Assembly: GCA_041481445.1 (NCBI GenBank)
Contig: JBGPBV010000004.1
Coordinates: 16,531-80,530, forward strand
DNA: 64,000 bases
Direction of reading: 5' to 3'
DNA from: Vicinamibacteria bacterium
Lineage (GTDB): Bacteria > Acidobacteriota > Vicinamibacteria > Fen-336
A model generated the notes under the pieces. It did not search any database. It was given only the letters and a program-made list of their open reading frames with translations, and was not told the origin of the DNA. Both the position numbers and the translations under genes were made by a program. Positions 39,872 through 51,532 of the stretch are shown one piece after another (positions within the stretch are counted from its first letter, which is position 1; every line of letters begins with the position of its first letter).

Positions 39872-42537
39872 GCCTCCGACCGCAGCGCGGTCATCGGGCT
39901 CACCGCGGTGGCCCGCCGGGCCGGGAGCAGGCAGGCGCCGGCGGCGGCGGCGACGAGCACCAGCGCGGACCCCGCGTAGCAGACGGGATCGGTCGGCCCG
40001 ATGCCGAAGAGCAGGCCGGAGACGAGCCGCGAGAGGGCGAGCGCGCCCGCGATCCCGAGGGCGAGGCCGGCCGCCACCGAGGTCATCCCCTCGCGCAGGA
40101 CCATCGTCGTGATGCGCCCGCGGTCGGCCCCGAGGGCCATCCGGATCCCGATCTCGTGGGTGCGCTGGCTGACCGAGTACGCGATGAGGCCGCTCAGGCC
40201 GGCGGCGGTGATCACGAGCGCGAGCACCGCGAACAGGCCCAGCAGCACCGTCGTGACCTTCGGCGAGGAGAGGGCCTCGCCGCGGATGTCGTCCAGGGTC
40301 CTCACCTCGCTCACCGCGGTGTCGGCGTCGGCCAGCCGCGCCGCCGCCCGCATGTGCTCGGCCGCGCGCGCGGGGTCGCCCATCATGCGCACGAACACGG
40401 TCGAGGTCACGCCCGGGAACTCCACGAACGGGAGGTAGATGGCGTCGGCCGGCTCCTGATCGAGCCCGGCCTGCCGGATGTCTCCGACCACGCCCACCAC
40501 CGTCCGCCAGGTCTTGCCGTTGTCGCCGGAGATCCGGCGGCCGACCGGGTCGGCGTCCCCCCAGTGGCGGTGGGCCAGGCGCTGGTTCACGACGACCACG
40601 GGAAGGGCGCCCGCGCGGTCGCGCTCGTCGAACACCCGGCCGCGCAGGGTCGGCACGGCCAGGGCGGCGAAGTAGGCGGGGCTGACCCCGATGAAGGTGG
40701 CCTTCGGGGGCGGCCCGCCCGGCGCCCGGCCCTCCACCATGAAGGTGCCGTCGTTCTGGTACTGGTTGTTCAGCGGGAACGTCCAGGCGTTGGCCACCGC
40801 CACCACCCCCGGCATCGTCTTGATCTGGTCCTCCATCGTCCGGAAGAGCCTGCCCAGCCGCTCGGTGTCCACGCGATGCTCGGCCGTGAAGAACTTCGTG
40901 AAGTTGACGCTGAGGGTCGCGGTCAGCACGTTCTCGGCCTGGAACCCGGTGTCCACGCGGCGGAGGTTCTCGAAGCTCCGCAGCATGAGGGCGGCCCCGA
41001 TGAGGAGCATGAACGACAGCGCGAGCTGCCAGGCCACCAGGCCCGCGCGCACGCGCTGCCGCCGCCGGTCGCCGGTGGTGCGCCCGTTCTCGCCCATGAG
41101 GGCCAGGGCGATCTTCTCGCGGCCGGGCAGCCCGGGCAGCGTGCCCGCCAGCACCCCCGTGAGGACGGAGACGAGGAGGGTGAACACGAGCACGGAGCCG
41201 TCGATCTCCACCTCCGCCGCGCGCGGCGTGAGACGGGCGGCGAAGGTGGCGAGCAGCCCGCGGGTGAGGTAGGCGAAGAGGAGGCCGAGCACGCCTCCGG
41301 CCAGGGCCACGATCGTGCTCTCGGTGAGGAGCTGGCGCATCAGGCGCGCCCCTCCGGCCCCCAGGGCGGAGCGGATCGCCAGCTCGCGATTGCGCTCGAC
41401 CAGGCGCGCCAGCGTGAGGTTGGCCACGTTCGCGCAGGCGATGAGCAGGACGAGGGCCACCGTGGCCAGCAGGACCAGGAACGTGGGGCGGGCCCGCTGC
41501 ACCAGGTTCTCCTTGAGGGGAGTGAGCGCGGCGTGCACGTCCGCGTCCTTCGGGAAGGAGTCGGGGTAGGCGGTGCGCAGCCGCTGGGTCACGCTCTCGG
41601 CGTCCGCCTGCGCCTGGGCCAGGGTCACCCCGGGGGCGATGCGCGCGGCCGCCCCCAGCATGCGCGCGCGGCGGTTCTCGAGGGTGGCCGGACGGTTGCG
41701 GAACGGGCAGATCGTGGACGGCATGTAGACGTCGTTCTCCTGCGGGTACTGCGGGATGGGCGGCAGCACCCCCACCACGGTGTGCACGCGGTCGTTCATC
41801 TCGAACCGGCGGCCCACGATGCCGGGATCACTGCCCAGCGCCCGCCAGTACTCGTGGCTGAGCAGGAGGACGGCGTCCGCGTTGGGAGCCTCGTCGGAGG
41901 CGCGGAACATGCGCCCGAACAGGGGCTTGATCTCCAGCACGTCGAAGAAATTCCAGGAGACGACCCCCGTGCGCACGCGCCGGGCGTCGCCGTTGCCCAG
42001 GAGCGTGAAGTCCATGGTGTGGAACTCGACCAGCCCGTCGAAGGACCGGCTCATCTCGCGGTAGTCGCGGATCTCCAGCGGGGAGAAGCCGAGGTTGTTG
42101 GTGCCGGAGCGGGCGTCGTTCTGGCCCAGGACGACGACCTGCTCGCCGCGCGCGTAGGGCAGGGGCTTGAGGAGGACGCCGTTGACGAGGCTGAACACGG
42201 CGGTGTTGGCGCCGATGCCGAGCCCGAGGGTCAGCACCACGGCGGCGGTGAAGCCGGGGCTGCGCCGGAGGCCGCGCAGGCCGTAGCGCACGTCCTGGCC
42301 CAGGACCTCGAGGAAGCGGCCCCCCCAGGACTCCCGGCAGTCCTCCTTGGCCTGGTCCACGCCTCCGAAGGCGACGAGGGCGGCCCGCCGCGCCTCCTCC
42401 GGGTCCATGCCGCGGCGCAGGTTGGCCTCCGTCTCCAGGTCGAGATGGTGGCGCACCTCGGCCTCGAGCTCGGTCTCCTGCCGGTTCCGCATGGCCAGGC
42501 CGCGCAGGGCGCGGTACGCGCGAGAGAAGAGCTTCAT
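39868..42537 (-). CDS. duplicated FtsX/MacB-type ABC permease (ADOP family)
   Basis: MKLFSRAYRALRGLAMRNRQETELEAEVRHHLDLE...LRRSPGFTAAVVLTLGLGIGANTAVFSLVNGVLLKPLPY is the characteristic ADOP N-terminus. There are two FtsX-like 4-TM modules. 889 aa. Confidence 0.9.
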   Translation of the reverse strand: MKLFSRAYRALRGLAMRNRQETELEAEVRHHLDLETEANLRRGMDPEEARRAALVAFGGVDQAKEDCRESWGGRFLEVLGQDVRYGLRGLRRSPGFTAAVVLTLGLGIGANTAVFSLVNGVLLKPLPYARGEQVVVLGQNDARSGTNNLGFSPLEIRDYREMSRSFDGLVEFHTMDFTLLGNGDARRVRTGVVSWNFFDVLEIKPLFGRMFRASDEAPNADAVLLLSHEYWRALGSDPGIVGRRFEMNDRVHTVVGVLPPIPQYPQENDVYMPSTICPFRNRPATLENRRARMLGAAARIAPGVTLAQAQADAESVTQRLRTAYPDSFPKDADVHAALTPLKENLVQRARPTFLVLLATVALVLLIACANVANLTLARLVERNRELAIRSALGAGGARLMRQLLTESTIVALAGGVLGLLFAYLTRGLLATFAARLTPRAAEVEIDGSVLVFTLLVSVLTGVLAGTLPGLPGREKIALALMGENGRTTGDRRRQRVRAGLVAWQLALSFMLLIGAALMLRSFENLRRVDTGFQAENVLTATLSVNFTKFFTAEHRVDTERLGRLFRTMEDQIKTMPGVVAVANAWTFPLNNQYQNDGTFMVEGRAPGGPPPKATFIGVSPAYFAALAVPTLRGRVFDERDRAGALPVVVVNQRLAHRHWGDADPVGRRISGDNGKTWRTVVGVVGDIRQAGLDQEPADAIYLPFVEFPGVTSTVFVRMMGDPARAAEHMRAAARLADADTAVSEVRTLDDIRGEALSSPKVTTVLLGLFAVLALVITAAGLSGLIAYSVSQRTHEIGIRMALGADRGRITTMVLREGMTSVAAGLALGIAGALALSRLVSGLLFGIGPTDPVCYAGSALVLVAAAAGACLLPARRATAVSPMTALRSEA

Positions 42538-42551
42538 GATCCCTCCGCCGC

Positions 42552-42884
42552 TCAAGCCGTCTGCAGGATGCGACCCACCGCCGAGGCCAGTCGCCGCCAG
42601 TTCTCGGTCTCCGTCTCGAGCTGGCGCTGGCCGCTGCGGGTGAGCCGGTAGAACTTCGCCTTGCGGTTGTTCTCGGACGTGCCCCATTCCGCGGCGATCC
42701 AGCCCTCGCCCTCCAGCCGGTGCAGCGCCGGGTAGAGCGAGCCCTGGTTGACGCGCAGCACGTCCTCGGACACCTGCTGGATGCGCTGGGCGATGCCCCA
42801 TCCGTGCATGGGCCCCGGGGCCAGCGTCTTCAGGATGAGCACGTCGAGCGTGCCCTGGAGCAGGTCGACGTTGGGTCGTGTCAA
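42552..42884 (-). CDS. PadR-family transcriptional regulator
   Basis: TTG start preceded by GGGGGA. Has [28 protein letters not shown]...[16 protein letters not shown]...KFYRLTRSG. Confidence 0.9.
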   Translation of the reverse strand: MTRPNVDLLQGTLDVLILKTLAPGPMHGWGIAQRIQQVSEDVLRVNQGSLYPALHRLEGEGWIAAEWGTSENNRKAKFYRLTRSGQRQLETETENWRRLASAVGRILQTA

Positions 42885-42900
42885 GGGTCCCCCTAGACGA

Positions 42901-42937
42901 TCGACAGGAATGTAGTGCGACTCCTGTCGAATGTCAA
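42901..42937 (-). promoter_or_regulatory. candidate PadR-operon promoter (TTGACA-17-TACATT) overlapped by a perfect 9-bp inverted repeat (operator candidate)
   Basis: On the minus strand, -35 TTGACA is at 42937-42932 and -10 TACATT at 42914-42909. The inverted repeat TCGACAGGA-N12-TCCTGTCGA (42901-42909 / 42922-42930) spans the spacer and -10. Confidence 0.5.
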
Positions 42938-42944
42938 GGGGAGT

Positions 42945-42991
42945 CTTCGGCCCGACCGGCCGTGGCACTGGAGCAGCCGGTCGGGCCGAAG
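42945..42991. other. perfect 16-bp GC-rich inverted repeat (hairpin, possible U-tract-less terminator)
   Basis: CTTCGGCCCGACCGGC (42945-42960) and GCCGGTCGGGCCGAAG (42976-42991) flank a 15-nt loop. It lies between the ABC exporter operon and the PadR promoter. Confidence 0.4.
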
Positions 42992-43146
42992 GCTGTTGAA
43001 GTCGCGCCGTCCGGCCGTGTCGCCGCGGACACGTTTTCGTTCCGGCACGAAAATCACCGCAATTCCGGGAGCTCTGAGAGCCACGGCGGAGCTCGGAAGC
43101 CAGCCCGCGGTCGGCCCGCAGCGAGTCGAAGGCCGGCGACCGAACC

Positions 43147-44949
43147 TCAGCCCGTCGCGACGGCCACGACCGGCGCCGCCAGACGCGGACCGGAAGCCAG
43201 CGACCCCGCCCTCCGCTCGCCCACCTGCTGGCGCCACATCGCGTAGTACAGGCCCTTCTCCTCCAGGAGCCCCTCGTGCCGGCCCGACTCCACCACGTGG
43301 CCGCGCTCGAGGACGTAGATGCGGTCGGCGTGCATGACGGTGGACAGCCGGTGGGCGATCAGGATCGTGATCGCGTCCCCGCGCGTGGCCACGTCCCGGA
43401 TGGTGCGGCTGATGTCCTCCTCCGTCAGCGAGTCGAGCGACGACGTCGCCTCGTCGAACACCAGGAGCTGCGGCCGGCGCAGGAGGGCGCGCGCGATGGC
43501 CAGGCGCTGGCGCTCGCCGCCCGACACCTTCACCCCGCCCTCGCCGATCACCGTGTCCAGGCCGCGGTCGGCGCGGGCGAGCAGGGGCTGGCAGGCCGCC
43601 TGGCCGAGCACCTCCAGGCACTCCTCGTCGGTGGCGCCCGGCCGCACGAACAGCAGGTTCTCGCGGATGGTGCCCGAGAAGAGCTGGGTGTCCTGGGTGA
43701 CGAGCCCGATGCGCTCGCGGAGGCGGTCGAGGTCCACCACGTCCGAGGGGCGGCGGTTGTAGAGGATCTGCCCGGACTGCGGGTGGTAGAGCCCGACCAG
43801 CAGCTTGACGAGCGTGGTCTTGCCCGAGCCCGACGGCCCGACGAACGCCACCGTCTCCCCCGTGCGCACGGAGAACCGCACGTCGACAAGGGCGGGCGCG
43901 GCCGCGGTCTGGTGCGTGAAGGTCACGGAGTCGAAGCCGAGGTCCACGAGCGGATCGACCACGACGGCGTCGGCCGGCCGCCGCTCGGCGGGGATGGCGA
44001 GGATGGCCTGGAACTGCGCCATGCTCGCCTCCGTCTCCCGGAAGACGCCGATGACCTCGCCCACCTGCTGCAGGGGGCCGAAGATGAAGAACGAGTAGAT
44101 CCAGAGCGAGAAGAACTGGCCGACCGTGATGCGCTGGGTGTAGATGAGGTAGAGCATCAGGCCGAGGATGGAGGTGCGCAGGGCGTTGACGGCGGTGCCC
44201 TGGACGAAGCTCAGGGAGCGCAGGTAGCGGACCTTGCGCAGCTCCAGGCCGAGGATCTTGGCGGTGGTGGCGTTGAGCCGGCCCACCTCCTGGGCGGCCA
44301 GGCCCAGGCTCTTCACCAGCTCGATGTTGCGCAGGGACTCCGTGGTGGATCCGGCCAGGGCCACCGTCTCCTTCACGATGGCCGTCTGCACGGTCTTGAT
44401 GCGGCGGCTGAGGGTCGAGCTCAAGAGGGCGAGCAGGGGCACGCAGGCGAAGTAGGCGGGGCCGATGATCCAGTGGACGCTGAAGGCGTACACGGTCACG
44501 AACACGATGCCGACGAGGGTGGTGAAGAGGACGTCGATCGACGACTTGATCAGCCGCTCCACGTCCGTGCGGACCTTCTGCAGCTTGCCCAGCGTCTCCC
44601 CGCTGCGCTGGTCCTCGAAGACCTGGTAGGGCAGGTCCAGGGAGTGCCGGATCCCGTCCGCGTAGAGCTGCGCGCCCAGGCGCTGCGTCACCACGTTGAT
44701 GAAGTAGTCCTGGAAGTTCTTGGCCACCCGCGAGACGAAGGCCACGCCCACCGCGGCCAGGAGCAGCAGGGACACCCCGCGGAAGAACTCGCCCGTCGTG
44801 TACTCGCGGAAGCGCATGGCGTAGCGGTCGATCACGAAGCGGAAGATCAGCGGATCGAGGAGGGAGAAGACCTGGTTCACCGCGGCCAGCCCGAGGGCGA
44901 GGACGACCAGGCCCCAGTACCGGCCGAGGTAGGACCAGAGCAGCTTCAT
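43147..44949 (-). CDS. ABC exporter, fused permease/ATPase (MsbA-like type I exporter)
   Basis: Start is [12 protein letters not shown]. Six-TM domain. Walker [10 protein letters not shown], signature VSGGERQR, Walker [13 protein letters not shown]. Confidence 0.9.
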   Translation of the reverse strand: MKLLWSYLGRYWGLVVLALGLAAVNQVFSLLDPLIFRFVIDRYAMRFREYTTGEFFRGVSLLLLAAVGVAFVSRVAKNFQDYFINVVTQRLGAQLYADGIRHSLDLPYQVFEDQRSGETLGKLQKVRTDVERLIKSSIDVLFTTLVGIVFVTVYAFSVHWIIGPAYFACVPLLALLSSTLSRRIKTVQTAIVKETVALAGSTTESLRNIELVKSLGLAAQEVGRLNATTAKILGLELRKVRYLRSLSFVQGTAVNALRTSILGLMLYLIYTQRITVGQFFSLWIYSFFIFGPLQQVGEVIGVFRETEASMAQFQAILAIPAERRPADAVVVDPLVDLGFDSVTFTHQTAAAPALVDVRFSVRTGETVAFVGPSGSGKTTLVKLLVGLYHPQSGQILYNRRPSDVVDLDRLRERIGLVTQDTQLFSGTIRENLLFVRPGATDEECLEVLGQAACQPLLARADRGLDTVIGEGGVKVSGGERQRLAIARALLRRPQLLVFDEATSSLDSLTEEDISRTIRDVATRGDAITILIAHRLSTVMHADRIYVLERGHVVESGRHEGLLEEKGLYYAMWRQQVGERRAGSLASGPRLAAPVVAVATG

Positions 44950-45983
44950 CGCGGCCAGCGGAAGAAGGACCAGGTCTGGGCGCTGGCGGCGGGCGTGGCC
45001 CTGCCGTGGGCGATGGCCTCGAAGAAGGTCTGGGAGATGAGCGTGTACCCGGCGTCGTTCGGGTGCACGTGGTCCGAGAAGAGGCTGGTCAGGTCGCGCT
45101 GGGCCAGGAAGGTCTTCTCGCTGTCGACGAGGAACGCGCCCTCCTGCTGCGCCATCGGCCGCAGCAGGGCGTTGACGTCCGACACCCACTTGTTCCGGCT
45201 GGCCGGGTTCATCGAGGGGTTCGCGGGGATGATCGTGGAGATGAAGGGCAGGCTCCTTGCCGCCTTGACCGCCTGGACGACGGCCCGCAGGTTGTCCACG
45301 GTGGGGCAGTTCGGCTTGTCCTGGCACTCCGGCGCGTTCCAGTCGTTGGTGCCGTACAGGATGAGGGTGTACGCCGGATTCGAGGCCAGGTGGCGCTTGA
45401 TGCGCTCGACGGCCTCCCAGCTGTTCGTCGCTTCCGCACCGTGAACAGTAACGATCGCGCCCCCGAACTGCGCGGCCAGGCGGTTCTGCAGGTCGCGCGG
45501 ATAGCCGCCCGCGGTGCCGCCGTCCCCGCGGGTGATGCTGTCCCCGAAGGCCATGTAGACGTTGGGCTCGTTGCCCTGGATGGGAAGGGTCAGGCCCACC
45601 ATGGTCTGGGCGCCGTCGGGCAGGGCGACCTGGAACGGGGCGGAGGCCTCCGCGGCGTAGAAGGGCGGCAGCGTCTCCGCGCGGACGGTCACCGTCTGCA
45701 TGCCCGCGGGCACGCCGGTCACGACCGCGCGGCCGGTGCCCTTCTCCGAGCGGGCGGACCGGCCACCGACCGTGACCTCCACGTCGGGCACGCGGATCGT
45801 CTCCTCCGCGTCCGCGCGGCCGTTCCCGTTCTCGTCGTAGTAGAGGGTGGCCACCACGGTCGCGCCCGGCGCCGTCGAGGGCGAAGGCACCGGGTTGGGC
45901 CCGGAGGGAGAGCCGCCGCCACCGCCGCAGGCGGCGAGGCTCGCGGGCAGGAGGATGAGCACAGCGCGAAGGAACTTCTTCAT
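44946..45983 (-). CDS. SGNH/GDSL-hydrolase lipoprotein
   Basis: Lipobox LPASLAACGG. GDS block MAFGDSITRG. GTND block ILYGTNDW. C-terminal DHVHPN. ATGA overlap with the downstream ABC exporter start. Confidence 0.85.
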   Translation of the reverse strand: MKKFLRAVLILLPASLAACGGGGGSPSGPNPVPSPSTAPGATVVATLYYDENGNGRADAEETIRVPDVEVTVGGRSARSEKGTGRAVVTGVPAGMQTVTVRAETLPPFYAAEASAPFQVALPDGAQTMVGLTLPIQGNEPNVYMAFGDSITRGDGGTAGGYPRDLQNRLAAQFGGAIVTVHGAEATNSWEAVERIKRHLASNPAYTLILYGTNDWNAPECQDKPNCPTVDNLRAVVQAVKAARSLPFISTIIPANPSMNPASRNKWVSDVNALLRPMAQQEGAFLVDSEKTFLAQRDLTSLFSDHVHPNDAGYTLISQTFFEAIAHGRATPAASAQTWSFFRWPR

Positions 45984-46080
45984 GCCAAAGTCGTCATCTT
46001 ACACCGACCAATGTCTTGGACGGTGCAGGTAACGCAACCTTTGACGATCGGGACTCGTCTTATGGATCGGAGGTTGCGAA

Positions 46081-46338
46081 ATGGGCCGACTCATTGCCGT
46101 GCTTGCTCTTGCTGGCGCCGCCGCCTTCGCCTCACATCCGGGCGCGGGGTCCCGCTCCCACAACGCGGCCGCACCCGCGACGGTGGCGGCTTCCGCACCC
46201 GCCGCGGTAGCGCCGGCGGCGACCGACCCTGTCTTCGAGATGGCGGAGCGTGACCTGGCCCGCCGGCAGGCCGAGGTCGGCCTGGTCGGATCGGCGCCGC
46301 TGTTCGGCGCGGAAGGGCTCCCCAAGCCCACGCGGTAG
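46081..46338 (+). CDS. small secreted Ala-rich hypothetical protein
   Basis: Strong SD (GGAGG, 7 nt upstream of ATG). Signal-like N-terminus MGRLIAVLALAGAAAFA. The low-complexity sequence makes coding status uncertain. Confidence 0.45.
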   Translation: MGRLIAVLALAGAAAFASHPGAGSRSHNAAAPATVAASAPAAVAPAATDPVFEMAERDLARRQAEVGLVGSAPLFGAEGLPKPTR

Positions 46339-46397
46339 GTCGCCGTTCCGGGTTCTCCCGCCGGGGTAGTGAGAGACTACCCCTCGGGAGGGACCCC

Positions 46398-48537
46398 ATG
46401 AGAGAACGCACCCTGCGCTGCGCGTGGACGTGCAGCGCGACCATCCTCGCCGCGGCGGCCGCCGCCGGCGCCCAGACCCCGGGTGATCCCGACGCGATGC
46501 GTCGCCCGTTCTCGATCGCGGACTTCTATCGCCTGACGCCGGTGCTCGAGCCCACGATCTCACCCGACGGGCGCACGATCGTGTACTCCGTCACCACGCG
46601 CGATCTCGCGGCGGCGAAGCAGACCATCCATCTCTGGCGCGTCGACGCCGACGGCGGCCACGCGCGCCCGCTCACCAGCGGCGACTCCACGAACCAGCAG
46701 CCGGCCTTCACGCCGGACGGTAGCCGGCTCGGGTTCCTCTCCACGCGCTCGGGCGAGTCGCAGGTCTGGGCGCTGCCTTTCGCGGGAGGCGAGGCGGAGC
46801 CGGTGACGTCGTTCCCGGGCGGGGTGGGCGAGTTCGTGTGGGCTCCCGACGGCCGCCATCTGGTGGCGGCGGTGGACGTCCATCCCGGGTGCGGAGCGGA
46901 CGCCGCCTGCAACAAGAGCAAGGACGACGCGCGGCAGAAGGACCCGATCAAGGCCCACGTGGCCGAGGGCCTCCTCTACCGGCATTGGAACCAGTGGCAG
47001 GACGGAAAGCGCACCCACCTCCTGCTCTTCGACCTGGCGGCCAGGAAGGACGATCCCACCGCCGTGCGCGACCTCACGCCCGGCGAATTCGACGCGCCGG
47101 TGTTCGAGCTCGGCGGGCATGGAGGCTTCGCGGTCTCGCCCGACGGCAAGGAGCTCGCGTTCGCGTCGAACCACGCGCCGGATCCCGCCTCGTCCACGAA
47201 TTCCGACCTGTGGGTGGTTGCGCTCGACGCCGGTCCGGAGGGCCTGCGCGCGCCGAGGAACGTCACCGCGGACAACCCGGCCTGGGACGGCTCGCCCCGC
47301 TACTCGCCGGACGGCCGCTTCATCGCCTATCGCACCCAGCGCGTGCCCGGCTACGAGTCGGATCGGTTCCGCCTCGCCCTCTTGGACCGCGGGTCGGGGC
47401 GTAGCCGCGTCCTCACCGAGGACTTCGACGACTGGGTCACCGACCTCGCCTGGTCCGCCGACTCGCGCAGTGTCTACTTCCAGGCGGACAGGAAGGGGCG
47501 CACCCCGCTCCACGCGCTGGACGTGGCCTCCGGACGGCTACGCGTCCTCACCGGCGTCGGCACCATCGACGGCTTCAAGGCCGCCCCCGACGACCGCTGG
47601 GCGGTGGTCTCGCGCCGCCGGGTCGGCGAGCCCTGGGAGCTGTATCGGGTCGAGACGACCGGTGCGGGCGAGAACCCGGGACGGCGGCTGACCACCCACA
47701 ACGACGCGGTCGCGCGCGAGGTCGACATCCGCCCGGCGGAAGAGATGTGGGTGGAGGCGAAGGACGGCGCGCGCATCCAGGTCTTCGTGGTCAAGCCGCA
47801 CGGCTTCGACCCCGCGCGGAAGTACCCCCTCATCCTGAACGTCCACGGCGGCCCGCAGCAGCAGTGGACGGACGGGCTGCGTGGAGACTGGCAGGTCTAC
47901 CCGGGCGCCGGCTACGTGGTCGCCTTCGCCAACCCGCGCGGATCCACCGGCTTCGGCCAGGCCTTCACCGCGGCCATCTCACGCGACTGGGACGGCCTCG
48001 TGATGGACGACCTCGCGCGGGTGACCGAGGCCGTATCCGGGCTGCCGTTCGTGGACGCGAGCCGGATGGGGGCGATGGGATGGTCGTGGGGCGGCTACGC
48101 GATCATGTGGCTCGAGGGCCATTCCACGCGCTTCAAGGCCCTGGCCTCGATGATGGGCCTCTACGACCTGCGCGCGATGTACTCGTCGACGGAGGAGCTG
48201 TGGTTCCCGGAGTGGGACCTCGGCGGGACGCCCTGGGATCAGCCCGACCTCTATCGCCGGCTGTCGCCCTCGGAATCCGCGCCGAGCTTCAAGACGCCTT
48301 GCCTGGTCGTCACCGGCGAGCGCGACTACCGGGTGCCGTACACGCAGTCGCTCGAGTTCTTCACGGATCTCCAGAAGAGGGGCGTTCCCTCGCGCCTCGT
48401 CGTCTACGAGAAGGCGGGGCACTGGCCCTCGTGGCACGAGATGTCGCTCTATTACCAGGCCCACCTCGACTGGTTCCGGCGGTGGCTGCCCCCGGACGTC
48501 CCGCCGGCCGATCGTGGAGCGAGCGGGGCGCCGCGCC

Positions 48538-48560
<23 letters not shown>
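46398..48560 (+). CDS. S9-family serine peptidase (prolyl oligopeptidase/acylaminoacyl peptidase type) with N-terminal beta-propeller
   Basis: SD GGGAGGGA. PD40-like repeats (PTISPDGRTIVYS, PAFTPDGSRLGF, FAVSPDGKELAF, PRYSPDGRFIAY). Nucleophile elbow GWSWGGY. ...GERDYRVP...AGHW. Confidence 0.9.
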
Positions 48561-51255
<2,695 letters not shown>

Positions 51256-51281
51256 TCGATTGGGTTTGGAGGGCCCGGGGA

Positions 51282-51311
51282 ATTAGAGGCCAGAGTCCCG
51301 AGGGGTGTCAA
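51282..51311 (-). promoter_or_regulatory. candidate sigma70-type promoter TTGACA-18-TCTAAT upstream of the kinase fusion gene
   Basis: On the minus strand, TTGACA is at 51311-51306 and TCTAAT at 51287-51282, about 27 nt upstream of the TTG start. Confidence 0.35.
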
Positions 51312-51490
51312 GGAAGCCGGTTGCCCCGGCCGCGGGAGCCGGCGGGCGACTCGAAGGTGAGGGAGATCAACGTCCCGTCGGCGCCCGGAGCGCACCCGCA
51401 CCCACGTCTGCTCGTCGGCGGAGCCCGTCCCGGCGCCGACGAGCATGGCCGTGACCGTCCAGGCTCGGAGGGCCACCACCCCTGGAGCCT

Positions 51491-51529
51491 TGTCGAAGAC
51501 ATGCTCATCATGACGGCATGTCTTCGACA
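51491..51529 (-). other. perfect 14-bp hairpin starting 3 nt after the rho stop codon
   Basis: TGTCGAAGACATGC (51491-51504) pairs with GCATGTCTTCGACA (51516-51529), with an 11-nt loop. No U-tract follows. Confidence 0.4.
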
Positions 51530-51532
51530 CCA

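Noticed and set aside
42893-43621. ORFs of 122-242 aa covering the PadR / ABC-exporter intergenic region (42878-43246+, 42893-43621-, 42915-43337+).
   Set aside because: Their composition is Arg/Pro/Gly-rich with no motifs and no SD. The region is better explained by a promoter/operator, a 16-bp hairpin and the 3' end of the ABC exporter gene.
51308-51511. A 67-aa ORF in the rho / kinase intergenic gap.
   Set aside because: It has no SD and a low-complexity Arg/Gly/Pro/Ser composition. It overlaps the proposed promoter and the post-rho hairpin, so it is probably non-coding.
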